DNA of 44,478 bases from Planctomycetota bacterium (GTDB lineage Bacteria; Planctomycetota; GCA-002687715; DRQF01), in NCBI GenBank assembly GCA_036479435.1, contig JAZGFI010000299.1:1-44478 (forward strand). Direction: 5' to 3'. Both the position numbers and the translations under genes were made by a program. This document shows positions 35,126 through 44,114 of this stretch, piece after piece; within the stretch, counting starts at the first letter, position 1, and every line of letters starts with the position of its first letter. The notes beneath the pieces are model-generated. The model saw only the letters and a list, made by a program, of their open reading frames with translations, was not told the DNA's origin and searched no databases.

Positions 35126-37429
35126 CTATCGGGGCTTGGTCTCAGTACGGTAACTTCGGCCAGAACGGGCGTGGACCTCCAGACAATCGCCGTCTTCGCT
35201 CACCCCATCTTGCGGGCACTCCGGCCCTCGGATTCGCCAGTGAGGGCGCGCGCGAAGGCGCATAAGCCCGCTTTTGGTGGCGCGGATGTTGGCTTCAACC
35301 AGCTCGCCGGATTCCCATCGAGCGTCCAGCTCAAAGCCTCCTCGTGCTCGCAGTCCCCGAAATGAGCCGCTTGGCCATGCTTTTGGCAAGGCGCTGAGCA
35401 GCTCGACGACACCACCTCCCGACTGGAGGAGCATCTCCGCGATGCCCGCCGTGGCAGCGAAATTGCCATCGATCTGAAACGGAGGATGCTGATTGAAGAG
35501 GTTGTTGGAAGTGGATTTTTTCAGCAGAGCCACAAGATGTTGATGTGCCTCATCGCCGTCGTGCAGGCGTGCCATGAAGTTGATCATCCAAGCTCGGCTC
35601 CAGCCCGTAACGGCACCACCGTGCACAAGGCGATAGTCGATCGTAGCACGGGCCGCGGCGGCGGCTTTGGGGCGGCGTAGGGGGTCGATGGCGTGACCAG
35701 GATGAAGCGCAAACAAGTGCGACATGTGGCGGTGTCCCTTCTCGGCCTCTGATCGCGGCCGATCCCATTCGAGAATCCGCCCTTCTCTTGAAGTGACGAC
35801 GCCATTTGCCAGTCGCGCCCGCGCCCGTCACAAAGGAGTTCTCGGGCGACGTCGCCGGCCCAGACACCAGTCGCTTGCGGTTCTTATCTTCAACGAGCCA
35901 GTCCAACAAGAACTCCGCTTGTCCCTTCAACAATGGCCACGCTCGCCGGCGCAGAAACTCATCGTCTCCAAAGAAACGCCCGTGCTCGACGAAATGCGTC
36001 ATGAGGCAGGCCGCGGACATATGCGAGAATCCCCAGTACGCGCGTTCGGAACGGGTGAAGGCCGGGGCCCAAATGTCACTCGCGTGTCCGGTTACCCATC
36101 CCCGACAGCCGAAGTTTTCGCGTGCGCGAGCTTCGCCACGTAATCGAAAAGTGGTTCAGCGCACTCGGCGAGATTCGTGATCTCAACCGGCCAGTAGTTC
36201 ATCTGGAGATTGATGTTCAAATGGTAGTCGGCATTCCAGGGTGCATTGATGTGCTGATTCCAAAGGCCCTGTAGATTCGCCGGTTGCGATCCCGGCCGTG
36301 AGGATGCGATCAGCAGATAGCGGCCGAACTGAAACAAGATCGCGCAGAGGTCGGGATCGTTCGCACCCTTCTTAAGGGCGGTCAGTCGTTCGTCGGTCGG
36401 CAGACCACGAGCAGGGTGGTGGCCGAGGTCCAAATTGACACGATCGAACAATCGCTGGTGGTCGGCGAGCTGCTGTTTGCTGACTTGTTGCAGGCCGGCG
36501 ATACGAGCGTCGCGAAGTTGGGGCGAGGCCGGAAACAAGAGGCCGCGAGGAGGATCGAGTCGGGCGGGGGCGAGGGGATTTTCGAAATCAGTCGTAACCG
36601 CAATCCAAAGCGTGACCGAGCGCGCACCTTCGACGACGATCGAGCTGGCGGTCGAAATTGAGGTGCCGCCGCTGTTTTTAGCGGCGAGCTCGCAGCAAAA
36701 CATGACGCCTTTGGCGCCGTTGCCATGTGCTTTCTCGAGGCGGTTGGTGACCTGTCCGGTCATCAACAATGTGCTGCGCCCCAAAGTTTCGATGCGGACG
36801 GTGGCTTGGCCTTGATCTTTTGGGTGCGTCAACTTGGCTTCGAAATGCAGTCCCGATGGGTGTTGGCTTTCGAGTTGAACGACGATGACTTGGTAGGGAT
36901 AGCTGGCGAAAACACGGCGTTGTTCCCAGGCGCCGTCGCGTTGGAAACGCGTGGTGACGACACCGGTATTGAGGTCGAGTTCGCGCCGATAGTTTTGAAT
37001 GTCGCCGCCGAGGCTTTTGAACTGGAGCTTCAAATCGCGGAGGGTTTGATGGCTGCGCTTCAACGACCCCGCCGAGAAAATCGCCATGATCTCGGCGGAA
37101 ACTTCAGCTTCTTTGCCAGCCTGAAGATCCTCGCGAATACGCTTCAAGTCCTCCGGCGAGCCACGGCGGTAAACCTCTTCCGGGGCGCCAGCCCAAATGG
37201 TGTCTTCGTTGAGTTGGATCCTCTCCTTGGCAACTCCCCCGAACACCATCGCTCCCATGCGACCGTTTCCGACGGGAAGAGCCTCGATCCAGCGGGCCGC
37301 AGGTTCGTCGAACCAGATGATCCCGCTGGGAAGCGGCGATTGCGCCGGCACGCCCGCGGCCGCGAGACCCAGAGATATTGTCGCAAGGATGCCGACGGCT
37401 GACGCTCGCAAGATCGAGATCGTGTTCAC
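35126..37429 (-). pseudogene. GH95 alpha-1,2-L-fucosidase, split across three reading segments
   Basis: EALPVGNGRMGAM, FQFGRYLLIASSR, NINLQMNYW (36092-37429); GWVTGHASDIW...SPENSF (middle segment); ILEW...HRHMSHL, TGWSRAW, HPPFQIDGN (3' segment). Frame breaks near 36120 and 35820. Confidence 0.9.
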
Positions 37430-37629
37430 GTTAGAATACTTCCGGTGAGGGTTGAAGGACGGTACGGGCTCTTAGATTCAAGACCATCTGACTAAAAAAC
37501 CCGACTTTTCGCCGCCGCGGGGCGCGACCGGGATTTTCTCCATTGTTTTGATTTTTGGCCTCAGATTCTGGAGGGTGGAGTTCCTGGGGCAAGTTCTCGA
37601 ATTTGAAAGTCTCCCTCCAAACCCAATTG

Positions 37630-38259
37630 ATGCACCCACTAAACGCTCAGTCCACACGCGCCAAACTAATTGAAGCCGCGACTGCCGCTTTTGTCGAGCG
37701 GGGTTTCGATGGCACGAGTATCCGTGATATCGCGAGTCGGGCGGATGCCAACGTTGCGGCGGTGAGCTATCACTTCGGGGGCAAAGACGAACTCTATCGA
37801 GCGGTGATCCAAGCCGCGTTCGAGGCACTCCCCGAGTCAGTCCCGATGCCAAAACTCGCCGATAACCCGGATGATCCAGAGGCATGTCTTCGCGCTTGGA
37901 TTCACTGGCATCTCGAACGAGTCCTGGGCCAGCGGCGTCATCCCTTCGGTGAGCTTTTGTTGCGCGAGATGAGAAACCCTACGCCGATCATGCGCGGTTT
38001 CGTGGAACGAGCGATGAAGCCCGTGTTTGAAGCCCTTGTTGGCATCGTCGCCGAGCTGTTGAATTGCGAAAAAACGGAGAGGATCGCGCGAGAGATGTCC
38101 ATGAGCGTGCTGTCGCAGTACGTGATCTACAAGCACGCCGATCGGCTCATCGCGCACTTTGTTCCCGAGTATGAGACGGACCCGACGCCAACGGCAGAAA
38201 TGGCGGATCGTATCGCCGACTTTTCGATCGCGGGTTTGCGTTTTCTTCGCCGCAACTAG
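37630..38259 (+). CDS. TetR-family regulator with a CecR/CerR-like C-terminal domain
   Basis: TRAKLIEAA...GFDGTSIRDIA...NVAAVSYHFGGKDELY; LLLREMRNPT; IADFSIAGL. Confidence 0.9.
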   Translation: MHPLNAQSTRAKLIEAATAAFVERGFDGTSIRDIASRADANVAAVSYHFGGKDELYRAVIQAAFEALPESVPMPKLADNPDDPEACLRAWIHWHLERVLGQRRHPFGELLLREMRNPTPIMRGFVERAMKPVFEALVGIVAELLNCEKTERIAREMSMSVLSQYVIYKHADRLIAHFVPEYETDPTPTAEMADRIADFSIAGLRFLRRN

Positions 38260-39269
38260 AGAGTCTCGTATCTGGCACCGCTGAAAATTCGTTCCCATAG
38301 CTCAGAGAAGTCTTCGGCGCTCGGTGAACTGTAGCCCGCCTCCCAAACTGGAAGAGTGATCTCATCCTGCGGTTTCGTCAGTCCCCAATAGGGGTCCCAG
38401 TTGAAGTGGTGCGAAAGCCTAAGGTCGCCGAGACGATCCGGGTGATCGGGAGCGACGCCCAGGAAGCGATCGCTGAAGGTCTCGAACCTCGTCAACAGGT
38501 CGAGTTCTTCGGGAGATGGGGGCTGCTTTGCGAAGCCTCGGTTGCGATCGAATTTTGGCCGCGACCCGAAGCTCTGAAAGCCGGCTTCACCGATCCAAGG
38601 GACGCGGATGTTGTCGCCGTAGATCTTTCCCTTGTCGTGGTAGAGGCCCCGCCACAGGACAAGGCTGCCCGGGACGGGCAGCAAGCGATGGTGTTCAAGC
38701 GTGTGGCCGCGGTGACGCGCGAGTTCGGCCAAAGTCTCCTCGGCGCGGTGATGTTGCCAGACTCCGAACAGTCCGTAGAGAATCACGAAGGCAAACGCCA
38801 ATAAGCAGGGCTTGGCGCGCTTTCGCCGCGCCGACCAAATCCAGCCCACGATGAGGGGGAGGCTGAAGACGGGGTCAACAATCGGCAGGCAATCCCAGGC
38901 TTCTCGCCGCAATGAAAATGGCCACAGTAGGTGCGTGCCGAAGGAGGTGCAGGCATCGAGGATGCCGTGTGTCGCCACTCCGATTAACGCAGCCCAGTAG
39001 AGCGCGCGCCGTTGCCGTCGAAAAGACCTGAAGGCGGCAAAGGGGAGTGCGGCCAAAAGGGCGACCGCTGGAATGGAGACGAGAGCGTGGCTGAAGTGGC
39101 GGTGGTACTTGAAAGGAAGGTCCAAGTCGGCGAGCAGTGGGATGATGACGTCTGCATCCGGCAAGCAGCCCGCAGTAAACCCTAGGAGACCAGCACGTTT
39201 GCCGAGACTCTTGGTGCAAAAAGCTTGGGCGGCAACGGCGCCGAGGAGACCTTGGGTGAGACTATCCAC
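38256..39269 (-). CDS. Membrane-bound metal-dependent hydrolase (YdjM/YfhP family)
   Basis: MDSLTQ, LPDAD, HRHFSHAL, THGILDACTSFGT, IVDP. Confidence 0.9.
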   Translation of the reverse strand: MDSLTQGLLGAVAAQAFCTKSLGKRAGLLGFTAGCLPDADVIIPLLADLDLPFKYHRHFSHALVSIPAVALLAALPFAAFRSFRRQRRALYWAALIGVATHGILDACTSFGTHLLWPFSLRREAWDCLPIVDPVFSLPLIVGWIWSARRKRAKPCLLAFAFVILYGLFGVWQHHRAEETLAELARHRGHTLEHHRLLPVPGSLVLWRGLYHDKGKIYGDNIRVPWIGEAGFQSFGSRPKFDRNRGFAKQPPSPEELDLLTRFETFSDRFLGVAPDHPDRLGDLRLSHHFNWDPYWGLTKPQDEITLPVWEAGYSSPSAEDFSELWERIFSGARYETL

Positions 39270-39288
39270 CGTTCATCCTAGAAGAGCG

Positions 39289-39699
39289 TTAGATCCTCGG
39301 ATCGGGCACGAGCGAGGCGTGGTGCTCGATAATATGCCAACCGTGCGGTCCATCGTTTTCGACCGCGAACATGTACCGTACATGAAAGGTGCCGGCGCCT
39401 TCGCCTCGGAGCCGGATCGTGTAGTTGCCGTGGCAAAGTGCAAGGTCTTCATATTCGCGAACGGACAAATCGGCAAAGTGGACATCGACTTCAGCTCGGT
39501 CAAAAAGACGCTGGAAATAGTCCAGGATCGCCTCTCGCCCCCGATGGATCTGGGGGTCCATGGAGCCCGCCACGATCGCACTGCGACCATCGTAGTAAGC
39601 TACCACCCGCTCGGCGTCGCGGTCTCCCACCGCCCCGGCCCAACCTTTTAGGAGCTGTCGAACTTGTCGTTCGACGTCCAGGCTCGCGCGTCTTTCCAC
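39289..39699 (-). CDS. NTF2-like/SnoaL-fold protein (SgcJ/EcaC or CaMKII association domain-like)
   Basis: WAGAV...DAERVVAYY, GREAILDYF, RYMFA, WHIIEHHAS; RBS gaggag before GTG at 39699. Confidence 0.8.
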   Translation of the reverse strand: MERRASLDVERQVRQLLKGWAGAVGDRDAERVVAYYDGRSAIVAGSMDPQIHRGREAILDYFQRLFDRAEVDVHFADLSVREYEDLALCHGNYTIRLRGEGAGTFHVRYMFAVENDGPHGWHIIEHHASLVPDPRI

Positions 39700-39807
39700 T
39701 AAACTCCTCCCCAAGTCCTCTTGCCTCAGGGATCTTGGGATCTTTCCATCCATCGCCACAAGAGTTATTTCAGAACCTCGACCTTTCTCCAAACAAGGGA
39801 AGCTTCT

Positions 39808-40164
39808 ATGAACCCAGCAAAACTCACGTCTCTTTACGGAATCCTCATGTTTCTGATCGGCTCGGTGGCCCTCGTTCGCGGCTGGCAGGGCAAGACTGGA
39901 GCCATGGTCGGTTTGGTGGTCCTCGTCATCATGCTCGGCTTGGCAGCAGGGCAACGCAAAGGGATGCGGGGCTTCGCCATCCTCGCCATGATTCTGGGGG
40001 CCGTCTTCGCTGCCGGAGGCACTTACATGGGATTGAAGGCTTTTGGCGTCGTCGGCGGCGATGATCCGCAAATCTTGAAGGGCAGCCTCCAAGCCGCCAT
40101 GGTCGTGGTGTCGGTCGTCTTCGTAGTGAAAATGGCGGGCCTGAGCAAAAAGGACTTCTTTTAG
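39808..40164 (+). CDS. Small four-TM hypothetical membrane protein
   Basis: Four hydrophobic segments; RBS aaggga before ATG at 39808. Confidence 0.7.
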   Translation: MNPAKLTSLYGILMFLIGSVALVRGWQGKTGAMVGLVVLVIMLGLAAGQRKGMRGFAILAMILGAVFAAGGTYMGLKAFGVVGGDDPQILKGSLQAAMVVVSVVFVVKMAGLSKKDFF

Positions 40165-40204
40165 TCCGCCTCAGCGCCAGATTCCGACTTCGTGAACAAG
40201 TGAT

Positions 40205-40238
40205 AAACTCTTGAAACCCAAGAGTTTGTGAGTATTGT
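40205..40238 (+). promoter_or_regulatory. Inverted repeat overlapping a candidate promoter upstream of rpsN
   Basis: AAACTCTTG-N5-CAAGAGTTT (40205-40227) overlaps TTGAAA-N16-TATTGT (40211-40238). Confidence 0.45.
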
Positions 40239-40383
40239 CTTCGCTCGCGGCCCTATTTTCGAAGGCAGCGGTGGATACATCGAGTCGGGCTGGCTATCTT
40301 CCTGCCCCATCTTGGGTACCTCGCGAGTGGAATACCTCTCGCGTCTCGATCAAACAATGAATGAAGGCTAAAGCCAAAACGTC

Positions 40384-40689
40384 ATGGCCAAAAAGTCGAA
40401 AATTGAAAAGAACAAGCGTCAAGAGCGCCTCATCCTGAAGTTCGCCGAAAGGCGCGCTGCGCTCGTTGCGACGATGAAAAACTACAACCTGCCGGAAGAA
40501 GAGCGCGATGAAGCTCGCCGTCAGCTGTTGAAGTTCCCTCGTGACTCTCATCGCAACCGTCTGGTCTTGCGCTGCAGTCTCACCGGCCGTCCTCGCGCCT
40601 ACCTGCGCAAGTTCGGACTGTCGCGAATCGCATTCCGCGAACTCGCACACGAAGGGGCGATCCCCGGCGTGAAGAAGGCGAGTTGGTAG
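40384..40689 (+). CDS. rpsN: 30S ribosomal protein S14, long Zn-independent form
   Basis: [10 protein letters not shown]...[39 protein letters not shown]; 101 aa with a single Cys. Confidence 0.97.
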   Translation: MAKKSKIEKNKRQERLILKFAERRAALVATMKNYNLPEEERDEARRQLLKFPRDSHRNRLVLRCSLTGRPRAYLRKFGLSRIAFRELAHEGAIPGVKKASW

Positions 40690-40699
40690 GAGCGAAACG

Positions 40700-41083
40700 A
40701 TGAAGAAGAAAACTCACCCAGAATACCGTCCCGTGTGCTTCCTCGACGTCGGTGCCGGCGAGAAGATGATCATTGGATCGACCTTGAGCTCGAAAGACAC
40801 CGTCGAAGTCGACGGTGTCGAGTATCCTTTGGTGCGCGTTGAAATCTCGCGCGCTTCTCACCCCTTCTACACTGGCAAGCAAAAGTTCGTCGATACCGCA
40901 GGTCGGGTCGAGAAGTTCCGCCGTCGTTACAAGATCACGGCGAAGCCCGAAGAAGAAGGCCAAGGCGAAGGCGAGAAAACCGAGTCGTACGAAATACGGC
41001 ACAAAAAAAGCCCTCGCTTCGCGGGGGCTTTTTTTGTGCCTAGGCAGCTCGGTTCATCGGATCTTGCTCGCAAGATCCGATGA
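40700..41083 (+). CDS. rpmE: 50S ribosomal protein L31 type B with an aberrant C-terminal extension
   Basis: HPEYRPVCFLD...YPLVRVEISRASHPFYTGKQKFVDTAGRVEKFRRRY; no CxC/CxxC Zn motif; the frame continues through a terminator to TGA at 41081. Confidence 0.95.
   Translation: MKKKTHPEYRPVCFLDVGAGEKMIIGSTLSSKDTVEVDGVEYPLVRVEISRASHPFYTGKQKFVDTAGRVEKFRRRYKITAKPEEEGQGEGEKTESYEIRHKKSPRFAGAFFVPRQLGSSDLARKIR
40998..41040 (+). terminator. Strong bidirectional intrinsic terminator located inside the rpmE reading frame
   Basis: ggcac-A7-gccctcgc-ttc-gcgggggc-T7-gtgcc. Confidence 0.85.
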
Positions 41084-41096
41084 ACCGAGCTGCCTA
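41041..41096. repeat. Perfect 27-bp inverted repeat with a 2-nt spacer (REP/REPIN-like)
   Basis: taggcagctcggttcatcggatcttgc-tc-gcaagatccgatgaaccgagctgccta; the right end reads GTAGG on the minus strand. Confidence 0.85.
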
Positions 41097-41113
41097 CTCT
41101 TCATCAATTGCAT

Positions 41114-41149
41114 TCTGCCTTGGGCGGCCCATGGGCCGCCCAAGGCAGA
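41114..41149. repeat. Perfect 36-bp palindrome
   Basis: tctgccttgggcggccca|tgggccgcccaaggcaga. Confidence 0.85.
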
Positions 41150-41214
41150 CCCAGAAAGTCTCAAGCCATCCCGGTTAGGATGCGTGCTGCCCCCATTCAG
41201 CGGAGAGCCCATCC

Positions 41215-43210
41215 ATGACCATCCCCCTCAGCGTCGCCGAAGCCGCCTTGGCTGCGGTGTCAGGAGCGATCAAGCTCGGCCTCAGGTTCGAATCAGCTAC
41301 TCGCAGAAGAAACCGCCTTGCGCTCCAGTCTCGCTCTCGGCTTTCCCGAGGTGCGCGAAGCTCCCACGATCGCACAGCGAAAGCGAGCCTTGCGCAAGCT
41401 ACTGCGCGAAACGCCGACGACAGCTCGCGACGCCTTGGGTCGTGACCGAAACAAGATCGAGGGGCTTCTCACTCAAAGCGACGTCGCTGCCCAACTGTGG
41501 CGGATGTGCAAAAAGTACGGCCTGACGGAATTCGATCTGCAGGTCTTCGACCCCGACGCAGCTTTTAGGCAAGCACTCTTAACCCGCCGCCGCGAGTGGA
41601 GTCTCGAAGATAGTGACATCCGCAGCCTGACTTGGTTTTTGGCCGCGGGTCCCGAAAGACGACAGTCGAGCCTCGCCTATCGAATCGCCGCAACGACCCT
41701 CGACGTCCTAGCAGAGACCGCGGCTCTCAACCCAAGATTGCTGGTAGAGCGCGAGAGCACTCGCCGTATCTTGCAAGCCGTGCTTCTTCGCTTCTCACAA
41801 CCCGATCTGAGCGCCATGGAGGGTTGGAGTCGTGTCCTTCATCACGCCCTTAGCTCGACCCTAGACGGGCTTGTCGACGCCCATGAATACATCGCGCAGG
41901 GTGAGCCCTGGATTCGCCACGCTCTGAGCGCGGTCGCCAGCGCTCGCGATGCTGCCCCCAATGGTGATGAGTTTCTGCTCGGGCTCTTTCGGGGCGAGGG
42001 ATTTCGGCAGCTCGTGAAAGGGCTGCTGGAAGAAGGGGCTTCCGCGTTCTCCGACGACCAGGCCGATGTCTTTGAGACGATTCTCGCTGCCGTCTTAGAG
42101 GAGGCGGCACAACGCATTGATGCCTCGCCGGAGTTTGGCGCGTTTTTCAATGATCAGTGGCATCACCTTCTTGCTGCGGCCCTCGGTTCGCTCGAGGCTT
42201 TAGGACCTCGGATCTTGGCGGGCGAAGCCCCCATTCTGCGCGAGACGCTTGTGGCCGCTGTGGGCTCGCTTTCGGAGTCGCTTTCGCAAGGTCCGCCCGA
42301 CGGCGACACCTTCGTCTTAGCTTTGGAGACCGCCGTCGGCGTCATCGCCGACAACCCGGAACTCCTCGACGATCAGCTGCGCGAAGCTTGGCTGGGTGAT
42401 CTGATTTCGTCGCTGGCGCTAGCGGCTCGCGACCAGGGATTACGATCAGCCTTCAGCCGGGATGCTCTTGAGTCCTACCTCCGCGCCTCCTTGGCCGCCT
42501 TGGGACGTCACCCAGAAATCTTGGTGGGCGATGGCGAGCTAGCCTCTACCTTGGTCGGTCGCATCCTGGGCGAACTGGCTTTGGTGCCGACTTTTGGCGT
42601 TGAGACGATCGCTGACGCGGTCGTTGTCGCGGCCTTTGAGGCCATCGCGGAAAAAGGCCATCTTGTCAATGGAGAATTCCCCGAGCTGGTCGCAGAATTG
42701 GCGGCGGTGCTTGCCGAATACGTCCGTGATCGTGAACTCAGCGCATTTGAAGCGAGTGAGATCTTGGAGTTGGTCATTGCCACGGTCGCGGCTAACGAAC
42801 GCGTCTTCATGACGGCGGAGACCGGCCTGGCCAACGCTTTGGTGGCCGCGGTTGTCGGGGGATCTCAGGTGGACGGCCAGCGGCTCTTATTTGGCACCGC
42901 CTTGGTGGCCACCGTGAACGAGTTGTTTGGGCTCGCGTCGCGTGGGGGCTTGGGCTGGCTGGACGAGCTGGAGCTAGCCGATCTCGGCCCAACGATCGAG
43001 GCCATCATCGCCCGGGCTTTGGCGAGGGCCAGCGCCGAACTTGGCCTAAGATTGGGCGCCCCCGATCTTCCGGTTTTCGTCGCCACGGTGATTCGTGCGT
43101 GGGCGACGAACGACCCGGACGCACTCGATCCCGAAGCGCCCGAGTTTGAGGCACTTTTGGAACGTCTTCTTGAACAACTCTCAGAAACAATGGGGAGCCT
43201 CGAAGCATGA
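41215..43210 (+). CDS. Acidic all-alpha helical-repeat hypothetical protein with an apparent +1 frameshift near 41290
   Basis: RBS ggaga and ATG at 41215 (MTIPLSVAEAALAAVSGAIKLGLRF) continue naturally into NQLLAEETALRSSLALGFPE in the frame of ORF 41318..43210. Confidence 0.7.
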
Positions 43211-43316
43211 ACCGCCGAAGAAACTCGATTCTTGGTTTGTTGATGTTGATCCTCTCATTCGGCGGGGCTTGCAGCACCAGCACCGAGGTGAGAGATTTAG
43301 TCGCAGAGACGAATGC
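43207..43316 (+). pseudogene. Lipoprotein N-terminus truncated by IS66
   Basis: MNRRRNSILGLLMLILSFGGAC lipoprotein signal; ATGA overlap with the upstream gene; the frame runs into the IS left end. Confidence 0.7.
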
Positions 43317-43399
43317 GTACCTGTCCGGTGAACCCCATCTTTTTGTCGCGCTACCAGGGCACAAGATACCTCCTCTTTTGTTCCTGAGGAGTGATCGCA

Positions 43400-43726
43400 A
43401 TGAAGAGCGTGGAAGTTGAGATGCGGGCGGCGTTGGCTGGTTTCGATCCGAAAGTCGAATCCCTGAGGGCGTACGCCTCAAGGACTGAAGTTGGCTACTC
43501 GCGGCTGATCTACTGGCGCAATCGATTGTCCATCAAGCCTGCTATGTCAAAGCAGAAATCTAAGGGCTCGGCTTTTGTTGCAGTGAAGTTGGATACCGCG
43601 GATCTGCGTGGTGGCGGCGCGAGGTCAGTGTTCAAGATTGAGTTTGGGGGATCGCTTCAGCTTAGCGTGAGCAACGGCTTCGATTCGAAGGAGCTTTGCC
43701 GCTTGCTTGGGGTCTTACGATCATGA
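43400..43726 (+). CDS. tnpA: IS66 accessory protein TnpA
   Basis: SLRAYA...YWRNRL HTH, AFVAVKL, IEFGGSLQLSV...LCRLL; ATGA overlap with tnpB. Confidence 0.82.
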   Translation: MKSVEVEMRAALAGFDPKVESLRAYASRTEVGYSRLIYWRNRLSIKPAMSKQKSKGSAFVAVKLDTADLRGGGARSVFKIEFGGSLQLSVSNGFDSKELCRLLGVLRS

Positions 43727-44085
43727 TGAATCTTCCCCCGTCAGTCCGGATCTTTGTAGCCCGCGAGCCCGTCGACATGCGTCGTTCGTTTGATGGACTT
43801 AGCGGCCTTGTCAGCGAAGTGATCAAAGAGGACCCAATGTCCGGCCATCTCTTCGTTTTCTTCAACAAAAGATAGAATCTTTCGAAGACTCTGTGGTGGG
43901 ACCGTTCGGGTTACTTGCTGCTTTGCAAGCGCCTTGAGCGTGGCACTTTTTCCTTTGGTGATTCCAAAGATGGCGACGCGAGCTGCTATACGATGTCATC
44001 TTCTGAGCTTGCCTTGATCCTTGAGGGCATCGACCTGCGAGGCGCTAAACGGCGCGTATCGCACGACGCCGCCTTCGGGTTTTGA
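43723..44085 (+). pseudogene. tnpB: IS66 accessory protein TnpB with an in-frame TAG at 43873
   Basis: Hand translation: PVDMRRSFDGL...GHLFVFFNKR*NLSKTLWWDRSGY...KRLERGTF...ELALILEGIDL. Confidence 0.93.
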
Positions 44086-44114
44086 ATCGAAGTTTTTAGG
44101 CTTAGGATGTCTTC

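Noticed and set aside
39700..40092. 5' extension of ORF 39289..40092 and overlapping ORF 39438..40064
   Set aside because: These are antisense or alternate frames of the small membrane protein and NTF2-like genes, which have their own RBS-supported starts.
43873..43875. Amber recoding (pyrrolysine or alternative genetic code) in tnpB
   Set aside because: TAG acts as a normal stop in several intact genes here (for example rpsN and the SYLF gene), so a nonsense mutation is simpler.
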